Below, one piece after another: positions 14,030-26,466 of a stretch of 64,000 bases of DNA (within the stretch, counting starts at the first letter, position 1; each line of letters begins with the position of its first letter). The position numbers and the translations under genes are program-made. The DNA is from Vicugna vicugna (lineage: Eukaryota): contig MU058636.1 of NCBI GenBank assembly GCA_013265495.1, positions 2,728,001-2,792,000 of the forward strand, written 5' to 3'. Under the pieces are notes generated by a model. It did no database searches and was not told the DNA's origin. It saw only the letters and a program-made list of their open reading frames with translations.

Positions 14030-14462
14030 TGTTAGAAACCAGGGTTCTTGGCCTCCTGAATCAATAGAAATTGATAAGAGGCTGGAGAAATGCAGGCAAG
14101 GCTTTACTGGGACTCGCACTGCAGCAGGAGGGAGTGAGAACAAGTAACAGGTACCCTTGCTCGCTCCCTGAGTGGGGGTGGGCTGGGCCTTTAAATGGGG
14201 TGAGGGTAGGGGCGGGTCCAGGGGTGGGCTGGAGGGGTGGTCTGCCTGCCCCCTTGGTGGTGCTGTGTGCAGGGATCAAGGACTGGCTCTGGGTGTGGGG
14301 GTCCTTAAGAAAGGTGTTTAGGGAGAGCTTGGCTTCAAATTGCTGAGCTGGGTGGGTGGTGATGCCATTGACTGAAACTGATATTGGACGTTCCATGGTT
14401 TAAGGAACTGAGGTCCCATCAGTGACAGTCAGCATTTCAAAATCTTCTTAGTGATGTTGACA
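14030..14462 (-). mobile_element. Probable solo LTR (ERV1-like)
   Basis: Begins TGTTAGAAACCAGGG; ctttact (minus-strand AGTAAA polyA variant) and ctttaaat TATA-like box; 3' boundary uncertain. Confidence 0.5.
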
Positions 14463-17170
14463 GCTATCAGTATAGAAACTAGAAACACCAGCAGCCTGTC
14501 CCGCCTAGAAACACAGCACACGTGTACGATGGTGACACCAATTCACCCTGCAGTGCATTTACTGGGGCACAGAACTTTGTTGTGCAGCCCCATGAAATCA
14601 CAGCCATGGGGCTCTGAGGACCCAGCAGGACCCCTGCTCCCGAAGCCCAAGATGGTTGGTCCCCCAGCTCCACCAGCCTACGTGAAAGGACCCAGCGGTT
14701 GGGCAGCAACCCGGATGGGGAGGCTATAACTCAGCCCAGATCTGCTCGCAACCCTAGCATCGTCCCACGGTTGGCATTCAGTCTACCAGTGCAGGCACCC
14801 GTGAAGCTGCTCATCTCACCAGTGGAAAAATTCAGATGAGATCAGGAAGGCTGGCTTTGTTCTCATTTTTTTTAATAGTTTATCTGACTCATTTTGTGGA
14901 GAAAATAAAGCACCATTTAATGAAATGTGCATGTCAAGCTTTCAAAACAGAGGAGCCCTTTGCCATCTCCCTAAACAGAGAGAATACTGGGACTCAACTT
15001 GGTTCTCTAGGATCCAGAGTCTGACCTGTGTCTACACGCGTAGAACTGGGATGTAATTCTTACTTTATTTTGGCTTCCTAGTCAGCAAAGCAGCTGAAAG
15101 CTAAGTTCATTGTTTATAACCATCGACGTCGATTTTGACTTTCCTACTGCAGATCATTTTATCTTAAACCTGAAACAGAATTAAGCCACGTTTGCAGGCA
15201 TTGCGAACTGGACTAACAATTAGGGAGATGTCTGATGACACACGGTCTGTGAATGACTGAGATTCTCACCTCTGAGTAGGATTTGAGTTTGGCTCCTTTG
15301 CTATCAGATTTTTGATGGGCACATTCTCAACTTTTGTCTCCATTTGAACTGAAAAAGACAGGTTTGTATTTTATATTTCACTGCATATTTCTTGCCCGAG
15401 GCCGTCGTCTTGCCCCCGACCCTCCATCCTAGTGGAACTGCCATCACAAAGGGCCACCTGCATCTACCCACCCACCCCTTCTTTTTCTCATAGCAGTGAT
15501 GCTCTGTAGTGAAGCTTAGTAGCATCTCACAGGCACTGTTACATCCTTGATGACTGTGTGCCCCTGGGCACAAGGGTTTTAATCATAGTTTCCTTTCACT
15601 GCCAGAGAGGAGAAATCAAAGGGTGTTTCTTTTTTTTTTTTTTTTAATGAAGGGAAACTACTGAAAGGAAGGAAGAGGAAGGAGTCGCAAGGCCCAGTCT
15701 GCAGGGAGAGGGATGTTTAGAGGGTCAGAGTAACGTCTGTTGTCAAGTCAACCGATGTTGCTGGGCAAACAGTGCATCTACAAGTCTGAAAAGATGTTTG
15801 GGGCTGAAACAGGTGCTGGCTGGGAACAGAGCCACTGCAAATGGTCCCACTGAGAAGGTGGGGTCTCCTCACTCTAAGGGCACATACAGAATCACAGCTG
15901 AGTTCGGCCTTATTAGGAAAATCCATAGCATTTACGCGGGTGGGGCCAGGATCGTTCATTAGAACTGCTGAAGTCCATGTTTGTCCTCAGGCCACTAGGC
16001 CGTGCTGTCCGCCGCTTAGCAGAGCCTTGTGGGGATGCGACTTGTGTTGCTTAAACGGCAGTTTTCAGAAAACAAGGACACAACTCTTTTTGTCAGAATT
16101 CATTAATAAATTCATTATGTCGGGGGAGCAGTGTCATGTCGTGTTTCCAAAATACGATGCCTTTCAGATCTTTTTAAAATCGCTGTCCTGCAGAATTCAC
16201 CAGCCGTGCACTGAGAAAAGGAGGAAAAACAGCTCTCATGTTGTCAGATTTGAGGTGCAGGAAGTAACAGCCAGCCAGGACTCCGGCGCTGACACCGTTC
16301 GGGGGTCTTGGATTACAAGCTTCACGAGACTAAGTGCAGTTGCTTGAGGAGTAGCGAACTTGTACTTTTGTGTGCTTGTGCTCAGCCGTGGTGACGATGT
16401 CGCTCCGTCAGCCCTGGGGGCGGAACACTGCCAGACGTGATGACAGGATCTTTAAATGAATAGTCACGTGGTTTGCATCATCTAGAAACTTATAATCCGA
16501 AGAAGGAAAGAGAGCCAGCTCCCAAAACACTAGAAAACACCAACACAGGGACCATATCACCAGTACGTAGTAAGTCCTGGCCTTTATGTCGCAGTTCCTG
16601 GCATTTAAATCTGTACAGGCCAACGCTGCTTTGGGAAAATCCCAGAGTCACCATTAGCCTAGCCCGCAATAGTGCCTGCTATACCGTAGGCATTTGGTAG
16701 TATTTGTCAAATGAATGAATGGCGTGAAAAGAAATATTACAAAGTGCCATACAACTTGTAACATACCCTAAAAATGTGATATTAGGGATGAAGGTTGTGA
16801 CTGTCACAGTGCTCAGTGCAGATTTACTTTTTTAATGAAATTCAATTCAGGAAGGATTTCTTGTGTGGCTACCATCACGCCTGCATGGAATCCAAAGAAG
16901 GAATTCAGGTCAGCCACGTCCTAGCACACAGCGTGGTTGGGAGGGCTTGCCTGCAGCGCCTCTGCTCAAAATATTTTCTCCAAATGTGTCTGGAGAAATG
17001 GGACATGGGAGCCACATGTCAGCAGTTCCCGAAGTCAGACTGTTCTGGGGAGATGAGGGGCAGTGACGAGCGTGGGACAGGCTTTCTGCTCTTGCTCACC
17101 CAGGCCCAGCTGGGCAGGTGGCCTCTGTCTAGGACCTACGTCCAGTTGGGACACCCGAGACCAATCACAT

Positions 17171-18198
17171 ATTTTTATTGAAGTACAGTGGATTTACAGT
17201 GTTATGTTAGTTTCTGGCTTACAGCATAGTGATTCAGTTATACATATAAATACTTTTTCATATTCTTTTTCATTATAGGTTATTATAAGATTGACTATAG
17301 TTCCCTGTGCTATATATTAGAACCTTGTTTTTTTTTTAAATCTATTTTGTATATTAGTTTGTATTTGTCTTTCTCTATGTAACTTAACTTCACATAGTAT
17401 GATAATCTCTAGGTCCATCCATGTTGCTGCAAATGATATTACTTCCTTCTTTTTATGGCTGAGTAGTATTCCACTGTATAAATATACCACATCTTCTTTA
17501 TCCAGTCATCTGTCTGTGGACATTTAGGTTGTTTCCATGTCTTGGCTATTGTAGATAGTACTGCTGTGAACACTGGGGTGCATGTATCTTTTCAAATTAG
17601 AGTTTTCTCCAGATACATGCCCAGGAGTGGGATTGCTGGATCATGTGGTAAGTCTGTTTTTAGTTTCTTAAGGAACCTCCATGCTGCCTTCCATATTGGC
17701 TGCACCAATTTGCATTCCCACCAACAGTGTAGGAGGTTCCCTGTTTTCCACACCCTCTCCAGCATTTATTGTTTATGGACTTTTTGATGATGGCCATTCT
17801 GACCAGTGTGAGGTGATACACACGGTTCTGATTTGCATTTCTCTGGTAATTAGCAATACTGAACATCTTTTCATGTGCCTGTTGGCCATCTGTATGTCTT
17901 CTTTGGAGAAATGGCTATTTAGGTCTTCTGCTCATTTTTTGATTGGATTGTTGGCTTTTTTGTTACTGAGTTGTATGAGCTGTTCGTATATTCTGGAAAG
18001 GAAGCCCTTGTCAATTGCTTCATTTGCAACCTTTTTCTCCCATCCCGTAGGTTGTCCTTTCATTTTGTACATGGTTTCCTTTGCTGGGCAAAAGTTTGAT
18101 TATTTGTTAATTTTTGCTTTTATTTCTGTTGCCTTGGGAGACCAACCTAGGAAAACATTGCTATGGTTTTGAGAATGTTTTGCCTATGTTCTCTTTTT
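17171..18198 (-). mobile_element. 5'-truncated, relatively young L1 (ORF2 C-terminus + 3' UTR) with TSD
   Basis: Minus strand translates [25 protein letters not shown] (L1 ORF2 C-terminal domain). TSD GAGACCAATCACAT (17157-17170) / GAGGCCAGTCACAT (18199-18212). Confidence 0.92.
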
Positions 18199-18292
18199 GA
18201 GGCCAGTCACATTTAACCACTGCTTGTTTTCAGCCCTGTAATGCTTCACTGTCACATAAAAGCCAGCCCTGCTCCCTCATCCCTTTTATGAC

Positions 18293-21200
18293 TGTCTTAG
18301 GTCTATTTTCCCGAAAGCAGAATCTGAGACAGGCATCTCGGAACATGTGAATTATGGGGAATTGTGCTCCAAAAAAACCCATAAGGGAGCAAGGGAAGCA
18401 GATGGGGAAATGGCAGGCTGCCGGGACCAGAGCTGAGACCTACTGCAGAGCTCTTTCCGCGTCCCGCGATGAATGCGCCACAGCGCCATCCCCGAGAGAG
18501 GACCATGCTGCCCCTCGGCGTCCAGCAGTCGCCAAGGCCGTCTTTCTCTCCTGCTGCTTAGGAAGTTCGAGGTACAATAGTTGGTCCTTTACTTTGGAGG
18601 AAATGTGCTGCCTTGACACAGACCACTGGACCCCTAAAACTTTAGCGATGTGTTGGCTCCTTTATCTTTGAAGTTGTTCGCTTACCTTCTGGAGCACATG
18701 GTTTTGACCGAGACCCTCAAAGTGCGTGCCGCTTCTTGTTCACTCAGTTGGAATTACACAGTTTCATGAAGGTGCCGGACCAGTGTGATCTCCTGCCGTG
18801 TTCAGATGGCCTGAAGCCTTCCAGACTTTACTGTGAGAGAAAGCAGGATTAACACAGCCCTGGGCTGAGGCTTCAGTGAGTACTGTTAGTCCCACGCAGG
18901 GTGAGCTGCTTCAGATCCTCCGTTCTGACTGGTGTGGAGGATGCATTTGCCAATTTAGTAGCCACATACCAGAGTCTGTGTTCCCCTGCTCTAGGAAGAG
19001 TTACCACATTGGGCGCGTGGAGCCTGCTGATCGGCTAGGTCTGTGGTGGAGCTGTGTCTCTCACGTGATCCATCCGGGGTTTCCCAGGGCCAGGTTGGTG
19101 CATGAAGTGGGATGTGGTGAGACCCACCAGCCTTGCATCCTTTAAGCCTTTGGGAGTGTCACTCTGCCCTGCCTTCCCGGGTACAGCGGAGTCTGTAATG
19201 TGCTGTCTGACCTGGGGCAGGAGGGGCCGGTTTCACAGACCGCTGCCCTGACTTTCCTATTACGATCGTTCTTACTCCATAAGCGCAGGAACCAAGGTGA
19301 GGGTTCTGCTAAGAGTGTATATTCTGATCATACATTAAGGAATTAAGGAAATAATTACTGAGGTCCATTCACCCACCTTGATTGGAGCCTGGGCCGGGAC
19401 CCCATCAGTCATCTGGACCCCATACGCTCCTACTCTAGCAGGGGGTGCATGATGGTGCTTCGTACCAGGACGCTGGGTATCAGTGTCTGCTACCGCCCTG
19501 TATCCAGCATCCCTCAGAAGGTCCGGGTGTTCCCCTTTTTACAGTATACGTTAGCCAAGTCAAGACCTTACGTTCCTCTGGTAAAGGACTAGGGAAATCA
19601 CTGTGCAGCCGTGTCGTGCCGTTTCGGGGCCTTGGGGACCTGGTTTCTTCTTCAGTGAATGGGTTTTGTGTCTGAGAACTGACCCTAGTCTGGACACTGG
19701 ACACAGCGCTGGACTGACTCACCTCCATCCCTGGCTCATCCCTTCCTGATTTCTTTTGGTTATATGTATCAAGCAGTCCCCCTGCTGGGTACCCATGTGT
19801 CTTGCCTGCAACACCACCATGTTCTTTTCCTTAGTTCCCCGCAGGTCACCCATCATACTGCCATCACAGTCCGGCTGGTGGTTAAATGCTGCCACATGGC
19901 CTTCGGCATTTGGGGAGCCTCTTATTCCCCTGATGCTGGGAAGTCCTGTTTTATAAAAGCATCTCCTGCTGTCAGCCTAGACTTACAGAGAAGAGCCTCC
20001 ACTGTGCATCTTAGTGATGCTGGTGTCACCCCCGTCACCTTAGCAGAAGGTCCTTCTGAGGAACATAGTCCGCTGGGTGGGTCTCCCAGTCTTACAGCAG
20101 GTCCACTCCAGCATGCTCACTTCTCTAGCTTTTTGTCCTTTCCTCCCTAGGCCGCCAGGGCAATTCTGAGATCCCTTCTTCATTTATTGTGGGCCATCAC
20201 TTTTTCCAAGCTTCTAGGAGCCGTATCCTAAACCCTTGCAGGGAATGAAATCCTGTGTCATGGGAAATGCTCATATCAACAGCCTCTCCCTTACCCAGCT
20301 CTGCACTCTCCCCCCACCCCCGACCCTTGACCCGCACCCTTGGGATCCACTCCCAGGCGTTTTCTCCTATTCCTGCTGTGAAAGAGTAGCCATTTCCTGC
20401 GGGCCCTTTGGCTTTGAATCTCTCTCCTCCCTTCCCAGGCCCAGCACTCTCTAGTTGGCTCCTGCTGAGATCTGACCCTAGTCATTGGTCTGGTTGCTAA
20501 CAGGGGAAGCAGGGACGGACCCTGAGGAGGACAAGTGTGGTCCTGTAAGGCACCTGCTTCACTGGAGAGGCGAGGACGGTGTGCTCTCCACCAACAAAGG
20601 AAGGATGGTCACACCTGCCGTCCATAGGGTTTAGGGAGATAGGAGCATTTATGGTTTTCAAGAACATCTACCCAGATATCTTCATGCTGGGTCTCAAGAT
20701 CCCACTCCTTCCCTCTGAGGGGTGTGACTGTGGTGCCAGAGACTTGCCAGAGTTGAGAATCTTCCTTCTCCGAAAGGACTTGCCTGCTATTCTTAGATTA
20801 GATCCTGAGTCTCCTTGATGGAGATGAGGGAATCGTTATACGCTGCCAAAGAGACCTCTGGCTTTCGCGCTTCACTTTGATTGACAGTTGGTTGCCCTGA
20901 TCTGTCCTTTTCAAATCATCAAAGCTGCTCAGCAGTCGCTACCCAGGTCCATGGTCCCCCCAAATTCCTATGTCCCCTCATTCCTCACAAATGTCGGAGA
21001 CAGTGTGTGAGCCAGTGTGTCCCTCCCCACACGTACCCCTTCCCCGATCATCACACGTGCTGTAGTGTCCCAGGGGCCACCCCTCCTCCTGCCCCATCAC
21101 TGCTGGTGGCTAGTGGATGGTTCACCTCCAGCATCCATCCTTGGAGTCTGCTTCCCAGGACCCCCTGCCTTATGCCAGGCTCCCCAGAAGCAAAGCTGAG

Positions 21201-21350
21201 ATGGAGAGTCAGGTGCCTGGGATCTACTGAGGGTATGCTCTTCAGGAAAACCCATCAGGGAAGCAGCTGAGCAGGGGTGTGGTCTTGGTGATCCACGAGG
21301 AGCCTCTAGAACATCAGTCGCCCCCAGAGTTGTCCTGTCTAGAGGTAAAA
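18293..21350 (-). mobile_element. Decayed ERVL-class provirus (LTR16/ERV3-16A3-like): two LTR remnants, gag-region remnants and protease
   Basis: Similar LTR ends at 18293 (tgtcttagg...cccgaaagcagaatctgagac) and about 21172 (ccccagaagcaaagctgagat). Minus strand 19380-19540 reads KGNTRTF*GMLDTG...LIP...KHHHAPPARVGAYG, an ERVL aspartyl protease with stops. Confidence 0.75.
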
Positions 21351-21974
21351 AGCTTTAGGACTCTCACATCCACTTTTTCCTGAGATGTTCTCTCCTCTTC
21401 CTGGCCATAACTAACCCTCTTGACTGTGCATGTATCAACTGTTTATCGTGATTTCACCCAAACCTCAAACTTCATCCTAGTTTGATGGTGTGTCTGCCCC
21501 CTACTCCTCCTTGCCAAAGTCAGCTGCCAGCTTCTCAAATGCTCTCATAACCACCCCATCCAGCCCCATTTATCAGAGACCTGCGAGCTGCCCCCCCCCT
21601 TGCTACCCCAACTCCTCCCCTAATTACTGTAGCTTTCACTGGACTGACAACCCAAGCAGCAGCTAACAACTCAACCTCCAATTCTTGGACCTTCTCAACT
21701 CCAGATAGCATCACAACCCCGCTTTAGCTGCCCACTCCATGAATCGGCCCTGGATTCTATCTCAAACCAGAACCACTTTACGTGGCAAACACTCAGCTGC
21801 CATACCTCATTCTGACCAATCTGCTTTCTCCACCCGACTCTCACCTCTGACTCCTGCTGATCCTCTGCTTCACTACTCAGAGACCTCCGTCCAGTTCCTC
21901 AGGCCATCTCATTTCTTCCGCTGTGTCAGGACCCTTCTCAGCTCCCTCCCTCCGTGACCAGGACCACTCGGCTG

Positions 21975-22132
21975 CTGGAAGGCAAGTCACTAGAGCAGCA
22001 GCACTGGCTGTGCTTCGGAACTTTTGGAAACGTTTAATCTCGGGCCCCGTCCCAGACCCACTGAATCAGAACCTGCATTTTAACAAGATACCCAGGTCCT
22101 TTGAATGCACACTAAATCTCAGAAGCACCTCT
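21975..22132 (+). mobile_element. MER5-family DNA transposon
   Basis: ggccccgtcccagacccactgaatcagaacctgcattttaacaagatacccagg...agaagcac. Confidence 0.8.
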
Positions 22133-22749
22133 GTAACTACCTGTGAGTTCCCTAACTGTCCTTCTGCCAGACCCGCCGAGCAGCACTCCAGCCATATCAG
22201 GACACTGCAACGTGGACACTCCCCATCGTGAGCCGTGGCTGATCTGTGCCTCCAACCACAGCTGAGCTGTCGGGCTGTTGCTTGTCAACCCTTTTATTTG
22301 TTTTTGTCATCTCCAGTTTCTCTCAGCAGCTTCTCCAAATGCTGTCTGTGTCCTTTAAGCCCTGATTCAAACCCTCTTATAAATTAAACTAGTTTTGGTT
22401 AATATGTATTAGAATAAAGTACTTGCTCATGTTTTCAATCTCTTTGAATATAATTGTTATATTGTGTTCATACAGATTGACATTTATGTTTTTCCAAGAC
22501 AGAAAGAGAATAGTGAAATAATTAGAAATTAGAAAGGAAAAAAAGTGTGCATAGAACAAGAACCACCTGTTTGGCTGTGGTATAATATATACATGAATTT
22601 GTTATATTATTTGCTGTACTTCTCTGTGTGTTTGGTATGTTTTATAATTTCCAAGTGAAACTTAATATTGGTGCAAAGAGAAGTTTAAAAGTTTCCCCTG
22701 ATGATTTGTGACCACTGGCCAGCCCACGTGTCTCCCATTATACTATTTG

Positions 22750-23800
22750 CCTAATCTGAAAAACTGCAAGCCAAGAATTTGTCTGAAATGCCCTTGGGTC
22801 TGAATAAAAGAAAAATCTCCCAAGAGGAATGCATTCTCAAAACAAGCCTCAAAGAATTCCTGCAGACGAGTTCCAAAAAGAGGAACACACAATTTAAAAA
22901 AAAAATCACAAAACACGCGCACAAAACGTCTCATGTTACAGTCAGCAGAAACAACAAACAACAGAACCACATGCAGAAGATTTTCAATATTAAGATGATC
23001 CTAAACAGTGTGCCTGATCCAAAAAAGTGTGCGTAACATGCGGTTTTAGAAGAAAGTCAGTCCAAAATATGATTCAAAGACTATCAAAAATCACCCAAAG
23101 AATCAAGTAGAAATTCTCAAACTAGAAAACAGAACAATTGAAATTTAAAACTCAATAAAGGATTTGAGTATAGAATAGATAATTCATGAAATTGAAGGTT
23201 TGAGGAAATCACATGGAATGTAGCCGAGGAGGACAAAGGGATGGAAACTCAACGAGGTTGAGAAACATGGAGAATGAAACGAAACAGGCTGACAGATGGA
23301 ACAAGGCTTCCAGGGAGAAAGACGAGAGAGAATCATCATTAGAAGCAATCATGACTGAGAATTTTTTCAGAATTAATAGATAACGTGAACCTTAGACTTA
23401 AAAAAAGTGAATCAAGGGAGAGAAGAGGAAATTCACACCCACATACTGTAACGGCAGATCATAAAATACAGAAGACTTTTATAGCAATCGTAGGAAAGAA
23501 GTATCTACAAAAGGAGCAGCGCAGGTGGGAACTGACTCCGCAGCAACAAGAATGGAGCGAAGACAGCGGGATAAGGAAGTTCTGGGAAGAAATAACCGTC
23601 AGTCTGTGATAGTGAAACTACCTTCCAAAGGTGGGGGAAATGAAGACATTTTTAGACAAACAAGATTTACCCTCCTACAGACTCTCATTAAAGGAATTTC
23701 CAAAGGGCAAAAATGAGAAAAAAAAATCAGAAAGAAGGTCTGATTTGGAAAGACAGATGTGTCTGGAAATGGATGTGATGTAAGCTGTCAGCATGTATGA
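22750..23800 (+). mobile_element. Very old L1 ORF1 remnant
   Basis: A-rich, with atgactgagaattttttcagaatt, gaaatcacatggaatgtagc and aatgaagacatttttagacaaacaa. Confidence 0.6.
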
Positions 23801-25545
23801 AGAACAAAGGAAGAACGCTAGTAAAATGGTGGGAGGCAGTAAAGAAAAATAAAGATGGGGATGCTGCCTTTGAAGAGTTTATGAATTGGTTGAGACCTTA
23901 AGAACATCTCTGAGCAGCACAGATACAATGGGATGATAAAGACCCAAGGTTCTGAAAAAGAGGAAACGGTGTGATGTTAATACTGTGGCCTCTGGTCAAT
24001 AACCTGAAAAGGCCTAATGTCTAATCAGAGCAGTTATCTCTGCTGGAATCTCTAAAACCTAGTGTTTTTTTCTTCTGTCGACTAAATAGAGGGTCACAGG
24101 ATAGTCCTTTGCCAACAATAGCCAGGGTTTAGGCTAAAAAATCATCAGTAGTCAGTCATCCCTATGTGTTAAGCAAACCATCTCCCCAGGAAATAGCACA
24201 CTTAGTTCAGAGGTGCATGTGGTGCTTTGGCAGAGTGGCCACAAGCATAGTTTTAAAATTTCAAATCTTATGCTCTTTACTGTTATTCAAGAGAGATAGG
24301 ACGTGCCTACTCTCCACGTCCCGTGTTTATCTTTTTTCCCTTCCTTTGTTTATCTTTTGCGTATTGATTTATGATAAGCTGTATGTTAGAGATATTAGCA
24401 TTTGACCTATTTTAAGTGTTGCAAATATCTTCTTCGATCTATAGATTTCTTTTTACCTGGTTATGCTGTCTTTTAATGTATGTAAGATTTTGCTTTCTTA
24501 TGTATTTATGGGTTTGATTTCATACTTAGGAAGACCTTCCATCCCCAAGATTATAATGGTATTCTTACATATTTGCCACTGATACCGTGATCATTTTAAT
24601 TTTAATGTTTAGATCTTAAATCTGTAAGAAATTTGTTTGGGTATGTGATTTGAGGTAGAGAGTTCACCTCTTTGTTTTTCCACATAAGTAGCCTTATAGG
24701 CTCAATACCACCGATGGATACTCCGTTGTTTCCCATGGATTTGAAATGCCACCTTTATTATATGATCGAGGTCCAAGACGTGCATGGTTCTGTTTCTGGC
24801 TTTCTTTGTTCCATTGATCAATGTATCTGGGCTGAACCGAACTGTTTTCATTGCTGTAGTTTTATAGTAAGGTTGATATACACATCAAGCATTTTTTTCC
24901 TCCTCATTGTTATTTTTTACAATTTTCATGACTATTCTCAGGCATTTTCTCTTTCAGTTGAATTCTTTAAACAACTTGTCAAGTTTTGGGGAAAAAAAAA
25001 CTCGTTGGGATTTAAATTTTAATTGCCCCGGATTTAGAGAGTAATTTGAAAAACTTGACATCTTTACAATATAACATCATTTAATCAAGCACAAGAAATG
25101 ATATTACCTCATTTATTCAGGAATTCGGTCGTGTGTGTGTCTTTGTGCACATGTGCGCACCACACGGGCACTTGTACCTGTGTAAATATCCATCCCTGTT
25201 TCATATTGGTTCTGCATTTCTGATTATGAAATCTGTGCATGGATTTGTTCTTCCTTTCAACCTTCTGCCCACAACTATCTATATAAGAATCACCTATGAT
25301 ATTTGAGTACCTTTTGATTATGTCATGCTTGGTACCAAAACCCCACCACCTTGGCCCCAACAAATCTGACCTCACTGAAACAAGATCTCTGCCCAGTGGC
25401 ATGTTCTGTACTGGAGAGCGTCTGCTGGAACCAATCAGAGCCTCTCTCATAGGGATTTTGTTTTTGAGACATAGTAATAGAATCTGCAGAGGTAGGAGAG
25501 TCAGAAGCTGAGAAAGAGAAAACGGGAAGCAAAAGCCAAGAGGCT

Positions 25546-25640
25546 GGGGGCAGGGTATAGCTCAGTGGTAGAGCATGTGCTTAGCATGCACAAGGTCCTG
25601 GGTTCAATCCCCAGCACCTCCATTTAAAAAAAAAAAAAAA
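25546..25640 (+). mobile_element. tRNA-Ala-derived SINE (Vic-1-like, camelid)
   Basis: A box TAGCTCAGTGG, B box GGTTCAATCC, poly(A) tail, TSD AAAAGCCAAGAGGC / AAAAGCCAAAAGGC. Confidence 0.9.
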
Positions 25641-25957
25641 GCCAAAAGGCAGTACCATCCATGAGTAACCATAAAACATGAGACAAAGGAAAGAGATAAT
25701 AATGGGTAACAGCTGTGGTAAAACAAATGTAGAAAAAAGCTGACTCATGCACATGGCAGAGCTGCAAGAGAAGCGGGAACCCCTGTTACGGAAGGATGAC
25801 AGATCACTGGGGCAACCTCGTGAATAAGTCATACTATTGAGCCGTCCAGAGTTTTCTTTCTTTCTTTCTTTCTTTGGAGCCTTCATCAGGTTTAGGTATC
25901 AAAATACTCAGTTTATAAAAAGAATTAGGAAACCTTTCTTCATTTTCATATCAGTAT

Positions 25958-26466
25958 TTTGAACTAGTTTTCTGTTTGCTGTTGTAACAAGTCACCACAA
26001 ACTCAGTGGTTTAAAACAACACAAATTTGTTATTTAACAGTTGTAGAAGTCAGAGTTCCAAAGTGGGTCCCACTGAACAAAGATCAAGAGATTGGCAGGC
26101 TGCATCCATTTCTGGGGGTTCTAAGGGAAAATCCACTTTCTTGCCTGTACCAGCTTCTAGAGGCTTCCTGTCATCCTGGCTCCATGGTCTCCCTCCATCC
26201 TCACAGCCAGCAGTGTTTTTTTCTCTTATCACATTTCTCTGATGTTGACTCTCCCGCCTTCCTCTCCCGTATTCAGAGATGCCTGTGATTACTTTGGGCC
26301 CTTCTGGATAATCCAGGATAATCTCCCTATTTTAAGGTCAGCTGATTAGCAAACTTAATTCTGCCTGCAACCTGAGTTCCCCTTTGCCATGTAGCATAAT
26401 ACAGTCATAAGTTCTGGGCATTCAGACATCTTTCTGGGGAAGGGAGGCATTATTCCACCTGCCACA
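25958..26466 (-). mobile_element. MLT1 (MLT1D-like) ERVL-MaLR solo LTR
   Basis: gttgtaacaagtcaccacaaactcagtggtttaaaacaacac...ggataatccaggataatctccc...cattattccacctgccaca. Confidence 0.85.

Noticed and set aside
17542..18172. Hydrophobic, membrane-protein-like ORFs (81 and 163 aa)
   Set aside because: These are the antisense reading of L1 ORF2, a well-known artefact.
25546..25622. Apparent tRNA-Ala(AGC) genes (also at 45430, 53904, 61294)
   Set aside because: A-rich tails, TSDs, a 5' G-rich extension and a broken acceptor stem mark them as SINEs.
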